Assembly (NCBI GenBank): GCA_018651605.1
Contig: JABIDS010000013.1
Span: forward strand, 64,717-128,716
Origin: an archaeon
Lineage (GTDB): Archaea; Nanobdellota; Nanobdellia; Pacearchaeales; GW2011-AR1
Length of the DNA stretch: 64,000 bases
Direction of reading: 5' to 3'
Below the pieces are notes generated by a model. That model did not search any database and was not told where the DNA came from. It saw nothing but the letters and a program-made list of their open reading frames with translations. Both the position numbers and the translations under genes were made by a program. Of the stretch, positions 58,745-64,000 are shown one piece after another (position 1 is the first letter of the stretch; the number at the start of each line of letters is the position of its first letter).

Positions 58745-58814
58745 TTTTCGAATTTTTGTTTTTGTATTCTTATTTATCCACAAACCTTAAAAACATCTCC
58801 TTGTTTAATTAGTT

Positions 58815-59198
58815 ATGAAAAGAAGTAGGATGTTTTTTGCGACACTTGGAACTTTTATAGTTCTGCTTGTGATTTTTTATACTGTTACTGGGGCGATTAC
58901 TAAATATACTGGATATTCTGTGAGTCCTGTTGAGGAGGATAATTTTGAGAAATGTTTGAAGGAGCAGTATATTGTTTTGTATATTAATAGTGTTGATTCT
59001 TCAGAGACTTTGAAGGGTGTTGAGCTTTTTGATTATTTGCAGTATTTTGATATTGTTAATTGTTATGGGGATAATGAGCGATGTGTTGAAGAGGGTGTTG
59101 AGAGTTTTCCGACATGGATTGTTAATGAGTTTAGTGTTGAAGAGGATATTTCTTTTTCAGATTTAGTAAAATATTCTGGATGTAGATTTTTAAATTAA
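58815..59198 (+). CDS. membrane-anchored thioredoxin-fold-like protein (no CxxC)
   Basis: Has an N-terminal TM segment. The C-terminal ...CYGDNERCVEEGVESFPTWIV resembles VKOR-associated Trx-like domains, but the redox CxxC is absent. Confidence 0.4.
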   Translation: MKRSRMFFATLGTFIVLLVIFYTVTGAITKYTGYSVSPVEEDNFEKCLKEQYIVLYINSVDSSETLKGVELFDYLQYFDIVNCYGDNERCVEEGVESFPTWIVNEFSVEEDISFSDLVKYSGCRFLN

Positions 59199-59210
59199 AA
59201 TGGAGGAAAA

Positions 59211-59384
59211 ATGGTAACAGTTAATCATGAAACATGTATTGGATGTGGGGCTTGTGAGGCGATTTGTGGAGATGTTTTTGAAATGAAAGATGCTAAGGCT
59301 TATGTTAAGGCAGGGAAGGAAAGTTCTGATGATGCGTGTGTTAAAGAAGCTATTGAAGGATGTCCTGTTGATGCGATTAGTTAG
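59211..59384 (+). CDS. 57-aa ferredoxin (single Fe-S cluster type)
   Basis: Hand translation: MVTVNHETCIGCGACEAICGDVFEMKDAKAYVKAGKESSDDACVKEAIEGCPVDAIS. It has CxxCxxC followed by a distal CP. GGAGG lies 5 nt before the ATG. It is below the ORF-track cutoff. Confidence 0.75.
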   Translation: MVTVNHETCIGCGACEAICGDVFEMKDAKAYVKAGKESSDDACVKEAIEGCPVDAIS

Positions 59385-60063
59385 ATTTTGATAAGAGGTA
59401 AGTTAATATAAAAATCAAGATAGCTGTGATTAATAGTGCTAGTATAATTGCCCAGTTGTTTGGATTTGTTTTATCTGTTGTCTCTTTATTTTGGATTGTT
59501 ATTTTTTTTATTGATTCTTCTATGAATGTGTAATCTATTGATTGGTTTATGTTTTCTTGGATTTGTGGTTCTTGTTCTTGGTTATAGGGGTAGTCTCTCC
59601 ATTTTCCTGTTTCTTTTGATTTGCATTTTCCTTTTTTGCAACCATATTCACATTCTTTGACTAATTCTTCTTGAGTTACTTTTTCTGAAAAGCAATCTTT
59701 GTCTGCACATCCTTTGTTGTAACAGATTTTGTTTTTGTAGATATTGTTCTGATGGCAGTAATTTTCTGAGTATTCTTCACAATAACTTTCTCCACAATCA
59801 AAGATTAAGAAGGGATCTGTGTAAGTGGAACAATACGAGGTGGTTTGTCCTGGGTTGTTGCAAGTGTGGAATAAAAATATTTGGAAGACATTGTTGTTTT
59901 CACAATAGTTGTCGTCTCCTGCGCATGCGTCTATTCCACAATCTGTGTTCATGTAACATTCTATTTCTTCTTCTGTTGAGCTAATGGTTAGAATTAGTAT
60001 TAGGATTGTAAATATTGCTAAGAGAATTAATGTTTGTTTTTTGTAAGTTTTGTTGGGGCTCAT
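59377..60063 (-). CDS. Cys-rich surface protein with N- and C-terminal TM segments, hypothetical
   Basis: ORF track. About 26 Cys in the ~130-aa ectodomain. Confidence 0.55.
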   Translation of the reverse strand: MSPNKTYKKQTLILLAIFTILILILTISSTEEEIECYMNTDCGIDACAGDDNYCENNNVFQIFLFHTCNNPGQTTSYCSTYTDPFLIFDCGESYCEEYSENYCHQNNIYKNKICYNKGCADKDCFSEKVTQEELVKECEYGCKKGKCKSKETGKWRDYPYNQEQEPQIQENINQSIDYTFIEESIKKITIQNKETTDKTNPNNWAIILALLITAILIFILTYLLSKSN

Positions 60064-60145
60064 TTTTTGTTACCCCTTATTGTTGATAGTATGTTGAGAT
60101 TGGTTTATAAGTAATGTTGTTTTTTGATGATTGTTTTTGGAAAGA

Positions 60146-60312
60146 TACGTTCGTTTTGCTCACTGCTTATTTTATGAAAAGTTGAATGGCTTCGCCAATC
60201 CAACTTTTAAATTTTTCTTGATAGTGTGAATATTTTAGTAGTTATGTTTGAGGTTTTGGTTTTGAAATCTTTTTAGGAATTAGGTTTTTGGAGATGAGTT
60301 TTCTTTGGTGGT
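60146..60312 (+). repeat. intergenic GC-hairpin/tail repeat, copy G
   Basis: ACGTTCGTTTTGCTCACTGCTTATTTTATG, then hairpin AAAAGTTG (60177-60184) / CAACTTTT (60201-60208) with loop AATGGCTTCGCCAATC, then AAATTTTTCTTGATAGTGTGAATATTTTAGTAGTTATGTTTGAGG...GAGATGAGTTTTCTTTGG. Confidence 0.8.
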
Positions 60313-60333
60313 TATTAGGGGATTAGTTTGTTG

Positions 60334-60930
60334 TTATTTATCTTTTTCTTTATTTCTTAAAAATTTTAGTGTTACAAAAGTCAAGCTTCCAAGGAATCCA
60401 AGCATTAAATCTGTCATTGTGTCAGTGATTCTTGATTGGACTATTCTTAGTTGTTCTTTGTCTGCTATTTTTAATAGGCCTTGCATTTCTCCTTCATATC
60501 TTCCTTGGAGTTTTAAATTGAAAAGCCAGTCTAAAGAGAATTCAACTATTTCTTCTATTGCTATTAAGGTTATCATTATTGTGAATGTGAAGAAAACTTT
60601 TGTTTTGAAATCTATTTTTAGTTTGTTTACAATATAGAATACTAAAAAGCAACCTATGAATGGGAATGAGTAGTGGAGGATTTTGTCATAGTAAGGTACT
60701 AATAGATAAAGTTGACTTAGTAGAACTCCGAATGTTGCCATGAATAATAGAATTGCGTAGTGGTGTTTTTTGAATTGTATTTTGAATATTCTGTCAGCTA
60801 AATGGAAGAATGAAACAGTGAGAACAAAAGCTATTGCTCCTGCGAAATGGTCTGAGTTTCTGAAATAATATAGTATGTATAGGAACATTGTTGCGATAAT
60901 TCCATAACTCCATGCTATCCTCTTTTTCAT
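60334..60930 (-). CDS. polytopic membrane protein, hypothetical
   Basis: ORF track. About five TM segments. Confidence 0.6.
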   Translation of the reverse strand: MKKRIAWSYGIIATMFLYILYYFRNSDHFAGAIAFVLTVSFFHLADRIFKIQFKKHHYAILLFMATFGVLLSQLYLLVPYYDKILHYSFPFIGCFLVFYIVNKLKIDFKTKVFFTFTIMITLIAIEEIVEFSLDWLFNLKLQGRYEGEMQGLLKIADKEQLRIVQSRITDTMTDLMLGFLGSLTFVTLKFLRNKEKDK

Positions 60931-61028
60931 TTTTGTATTAAGGAATTATATATTATAAATCTTGTGTTAAGATACCTAAACATTTATAAATATGAATTTG
61001 TATTCATATGTAATTGGAGTCATATGAG

Positions 61029-61331
61029 ATGAATAAATATTATCTTTTTTTTGGGAATCTTGCAAATCCGTTGAGGGTTGAAATAATTAGTGCTTTGAAG
61101 GAGAAAGAAATGTCTGTTTTGGAGTTGGTTGAGAAGTTGGGCGAGGAGCAGTCTAAGATTAGTCATGCTTTGAAAGCTATGAAGAATTGTTCTATTGTTA
61201 GTGTTAAGCAGGAAGGTAAGAAGAGGATTTATAGTTTGAATAAGGAGACGATTCTTCCGATGTTGAAGATTATTGATAAACATGAATCTAAGTTTTGTGA
61301 GGAATGTAGGGCGATGAAGGAGGGGAGATGA
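61029..61331 (+). CDS. ArsR/SmtB-family winged-helix regulator
   Basis: LANPLRVEIISALKEKEMSVLELVEKLGEEQSKISHALKAMKNCSIVSVKQEGKKRIYSL. Confidence 0.7.
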   Translation: MNKYYLFFGNLANPLRVEIISALKEKEMSVLELVEKLGEEQSKISHALKAMKNCSIVSVKQEGKKRIYSLNKETILPMLKIIDKHESKFCEECRAMKEGR

Positions 61332-61774
61332 AAAATTTAAAATTGTTTAAACAGTCAAGAGGATATTGTGGACCTGCTTCTTTGAAAATGGTTTTATCTG
61401 TTTATGGTGTTAATAAATCTGAAAAAGAATTTGCTAAATTGACTAAATCTTCGCGAGATAAGGGATGCGATGAAATTGAAATCGTCAATGTTGCAAAAAA
61501 ATTGGGTTTTAAGAGTTATGTAAAACAAAATTCAAATATTGATGAATTGAAAAGATTAGTTAAGGAAGGTATTCCTGTTATTGTTGATTGGTTTTCGCCA
61601 GAAGAGGCAGGACATTATTCAGTAGTTGTTGGTTTTGATAAGGCTAGCATTTTAATTGCAGACCCTCATTTTGGAAAAGTGAAAAGACACGATATTGATT
61701 GGTTTGAAGAAAGATGGTTTGATATGCCCTTTAAAAATATTATAAAAAAGGAAATAATTGTTATTAAAAAATGA
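61328..61774 (+). CDS. papain-fold cysteine peptidase, C39-like
   Basis: Contains GYCGPASLKMVLSVYG (the nucleophile Cys context) and GHYSVVVGFD (His). Overlaps both neighbours by 4 nt. Confidence 0.5.
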   Translation: MKNLKLFKQSRGYCGPASLKMVLSVYGVNKSEKEFAKLTKSSRDKGCDEIEIVNVAKKLGFKSYVKQNSNIDELKRLVKEGIPVIVDWFSPEEAGHYSVVVGFDKASILIADPHFGKVKRHDIDWFEERWFDMPFKNIIKKEIIVIKK

Positions 61775-62997
61775 AAAAAATATATTTAGACAATGCTGCA
61801 ACAACTCAAGTTGATCCTAAAGTTTTAGATGCGATGGTTCCTTATTTTTCTGAGAAGTTTGGGAATCCTAGTTCTCAGCATTCTATTGGGCAAGAGATTG
61901 ATGATGTTTTGGTAGAATGTCGTGGAGTGATTGGTGATAAGATTGGTGCGAAGGGTGAAGAGATTATTTTTACTGGAAGTGGAACTGAGGCGAATAATTT
62001 TGTTTTGAAGGGTTTGTTTTTTGCAAATTTTAAAAATGGTTCTGGGAAGAATCATATTATTACTACAAAGATTGAACACGATTGTATTTTGAATACATGT
62101 AAGTGGCTGGAGAAACAAGGGGCTCGTGTGAGTTATTTGAATGTTGATAGCGAGGGGTTTGTGGATTTGGAGGAGTTGAACTCTTTGATTGATGATGAGA
62201 CTTTGGTTGTTTCTGTTATTCATGGAAATAATGAGGTTGGTGTGATTCAGGATTTGGAGGCGATTGGTAAAATTTGTAAAGAGAAGGGGGTTTATTTTCA
62301 TAGTGATGCATGTCAGAGTTTTACAAAAGTTGATTTGAATGTTGGTAAGATGAATTTGGATTTTTTGACTTTGAATGCTCATAAAATTCATGGGCCTAAG
62401 GGTGTTGGGGTTTTGTATGTTTCTTCTAAGTTGAAGGGAAAGATTGAGCCGTTGTTGCATGGTGGGGGGCAAGAGTTTGGTTTAAGGAGTTCTACTGAAA
62501 ATGTTTCTGGAATTGTTGGTTTTGCAAAAGCTGTTGAAGTTGTGAAGGTAGAGGATTCAAAGAATCGAAAACTCAATTCTTTGACTCAAAAAAACAAGGG
62601 CAGTGTCCATTGTTTTTCTGATGTTGATAAGATGACTAAATTGAGGGATAGGTTGATTAAGGGTTTATTGGAGATTGAGAATGTTAGATTGAATGGGGCT
62701 GTTGGTGATGATAGGTTGTGTAATAATGTTAATATTAGTTTTAATAATATTGAGGGAGAGGCTATTTCTGGGTTTTTGGATTTGAAGGGTGTGGCTTGTT
62801 CTACTGGTTCAGCATGTTCTTCAAATACCTTGGAACCAAGCCATGTTTTGAAAGCGATGGGTTTAAAAAGTGGAATTATTAACACGACAATAAGAATGAG
62901 CATAAGTAAATACAATACTCCTCGTGAAATTGATTATGTTTTGAAGGTTTTGCCTGGAATTGTAAATAAATTAAGGGAGATGAGTCCGTTAAAGTAA
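61771..62997 (+). CDS. iscS: cysteine desulfurase (IscS/NifS class)
   Basis: Contains IYLDNAATTQVDPKV, TSGGTEANN-like GSGTEANN, the HKIHGPKGVG PLP-Lys context, and the active-site loop STGSACSS. Confidence 0.9.
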   Translation: MKKIYLDNAATTQVDPKVLDAMVPYFSEKFGNPSSQHSIGQEIDDVLVECRGVIGDKIGAKGEEIIFTGSGTEANNFVLKGLFFANFKNGSGKNHIITTKIEHDCILNTCKWLEKQGARVSYLNVDSEGFVDLEELNSLIDDETLVVSVIHGNNEVGVIQDLEAIGKICKEKGVYFHSDACQSFTKVDLNVGKMNLDFLTLNAHKIHGPKGVGVLYVSSKLKGKIEPLLHGGGQEFGLRSSTENVSGIVGFAKAVEVVKVEDSKNRKLNSLTQKNKGSVHCFSDVDKMTKLRDRLIKGLLEIENVRLNGAVGDDRLCNNVNISFNNIEGEAISGFLDLKGVACSTGSACSSNTLEPSHVLKAMGLKSGIINTTIRMSISKYNTPREIDYVLKVLPGIVNKLREMSPLK

Positions 62998-62998
62998 A

Positions 62999-63313
62999 AT
63001 GGAAAAAAATATTTTAGAACTTATTGAATATCCTGAAAAAGGAGTTTTAAGTAAAAGATTATCTGAGATAGATAAATTGGATGTGAGTTTGTTTTGTATG
63101 TCTAAGGGAACAGATATTTCTGATCATACTTCTACAAAGCAAGGATTTGTTTATGTTATTGAAGGAGAAGGGATTTTTAATTTGGAAGGAAAGGATATTG
63201 AAATGAAACCAGGGGTTATGATTTTTATGAAAGAAAACGCAGTGCATTCTCTTGAGGCAAAAGAGAATACTTCGTTTATTCTTTCTCTTGTAAATCCGGA
63301 GAAATTAAAATGA
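62999..63313 (+). CDS. cupin-domain protein
   Basis: HTSTKQGFVYVIEGEG...MKPGVMIFMKENAVHSLEA is a two-motif cupin pattern. Confidence 0.5.
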   Translation: MEKNILELIEYPEKGVLSKRLSEIDKLDVSLFCMSKGTDISDHTSTKQGFVYVIEGEGIFNLEGKDIEMKPGVMIFMKENAVHSLEAKENTSFILSLVNPEKLK

Positions 63314-63495
63314 AAGATACTTTATGTCTTTTAAGAGATTGTTATTGTCTTGAAAGAGAAGATAAAAGTAAAGTTCAACTTGAATATTTAGATACTTTTT
63401 ATTGTTTAATGGACCCTGATTCGTGTGATTATTATGTTAATTCTTTGGATAAAATTAATGAAAAGTTAAGATTTGATAGGGTGAATAGGAATTAA
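63310..63495 (+). CDS. small Cys-rich hypothetical protein
   Basis: ORF track. Overlaps its neighbour by 4 nt. Confidence 0.4.
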   Translation: MKDTLCLLRDCYCLEREDKSKVQLEYLDTFYCLMDPDSCDYYVNSLDKINEKLRFDRVNRN

Positions 63496-63496
63496 A

Positions 63497-63616
63497 ATGA
63501 AAGATAAATTTGAAGAGCATGCATGTAGTTTCAAGAATGAAACTGAATGTGAAGAAGAGTTTGATGATGATGGTTTAGACATCGACGATGCTGAACGATT
63601 GCATTATGACGATTGA
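63497..63616 (+). CDS. 39-aa acidic hypothetical protein
   Basis: Hand translation: MKDKFEEHACSFKNETECEEEFDDDGLDIDDAERLHYDD. It is packed between neighbours, starting 1 nt after the previous stop and overlapping the next ATG. Weak evidence. Confidence 0.3.
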   Translation: MKDKFEEHACSFKNETECEEEFDDDGLDIDDAERLHYDD

Positions 63617-63821
63617 TAAGAAGGTTACTAAAGAAAGTGTTTTCACTGATGTCTTAGATGAGCCTGAAGTGATTGAGACTCTTTTAGAAAGTGGAATGCA
63701 TTGTGTTGGTTGTCCAATGTCTGCTGGAGAGACGATTGAAGAAGGAGCAGTTGCTCATGGGATTGATCCTGATGAATTGGTTGATAAAATAAATAAAAAA
63801 TTGGAGAAAAATGGTAAATAA
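63606..63821 (+). CDS. DUF1858-like small redox-disulfide protein
   Basis: ETLLESGMHCVGCPMSAGETIEEGAVAHGIDPDELV follows the pattern of the hybrid-cluster-protein-associated DUF1858. Confidence 0.5.
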   Translation: MTIDKKVTKESVFTDVLDEPEVIETLLESGMHCVGCPMSAGETIEEGAVAHGIDPDELVDKINKKLEKNGK

Positions 63822-64000
63822 ATATGGAAAAGAAGTAATGAAGCATTTTACTAGTCCTGAGTTTATGGGAGAGATGAAAAATCCTTCTGCTGTTGGAGAA
63901 CTTGGGAATATGAAGTGCGGAGATATTATGAAGATTTATTTGAAGATTTTTGAGGGAAAGATTGAGGATATAAGTTTTCAAACTTTTGGTTGTGTTGCGG
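63811..64000 (+). CDS. iscU: Fe-S cluster scaffold IscU/NifU N-terminal domain (partial, runs off the right edge)
   Basis: Hand translation: MVNKYGKEVMKHFTSPEFMGEMKNPSAVGELGNMKCGDIMKIYLKIFEGKIEDISFQTFGCVA. Contains the GNxxCGD and FxTFGC motifs. Confidence 0.8.
   Translation, partial: MVNKYGKEVMKHFTSPEFMGEMKNPSAVGELGNMKCGDIMKIYLKIFEGKIEDISFQTFGCVA

Overview
AT-rich archaeal chromosome segment. The evidence is an archaeal-type initiator tRNA (A1:U72), ribosomal proteins eS31 and eS24, Spt4, RNA polymerase subunit Rpo7/E', two-subunit archaeal PheRS, DtdA, Dph5, class III (pilin-type) signal peptides, and TATA boxes about 22-30 nt upstream of many ATGs (leaderless-type layout). The small, patchy metabolism and many tiny membrane proteins suggest a DPANN-like lineage, but that is inference. 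Coding strands are G-rich and very C-poor, so C-rich or GC-rich islands stand out.

Gene content:
- Left edge: partial smc, then rnhB.
- A FabK-like/FabF-like gene pair.
- A fermentative block: AMP-forming acetyl-CoA synthetase, two-subunit 2-oxoacid:ferredoxin oxidoreductase, and a very small [FeFe]-hydrogenase H-domain-like protein.
- An 11-kb Epd/Tad-like type IV pilus locus (20.2-31.2 kb): one Flp-like major pilin, a KaiC/FlaH-like ATPase, two TadB/C-like platform proteins, a FlaI/TadA-like ATPase, and five further pilin-like proteins, one of them an 852-aa vWA protein.
- Scattered housekeeping genes: dph5, pyrE, pyrH, pheS, pheT, and the conserved rpo7-spt4-S24e-S27ae cluster with an Fcf1-like PIN gene.
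- A type I-alpha DAHP synthase.
- A right-edge Fe-S assembly cluster: iscS, then four small genes, then iscU.
- Three tRNAs found by hand: iMet, Ser-GCU and Trp-CCA.

Most unusual observations:
1. Hairpins with different stems but the same four-tract C-rich loop, (C3N1-2)3C3, which is a G-quadruplex motif on the opposite strand. One copy sits in-frame inside pheT.
2. At least nine copies of an intergenic GC-rich hairpin plus conserved-tail repeat, all in the same orientation, with compensatory stem changes.
3. A 22-25 codon ORF ending FNFDFYFW plus a hairpin, directly upstream of DAHP synthase.
4. Both the tRNA-Ser and tRNA-iMet genes are followed by a 16-18 nt duplicate of their own 3' end.

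All functional calls come from reading motifs by eye. No database search was possible.
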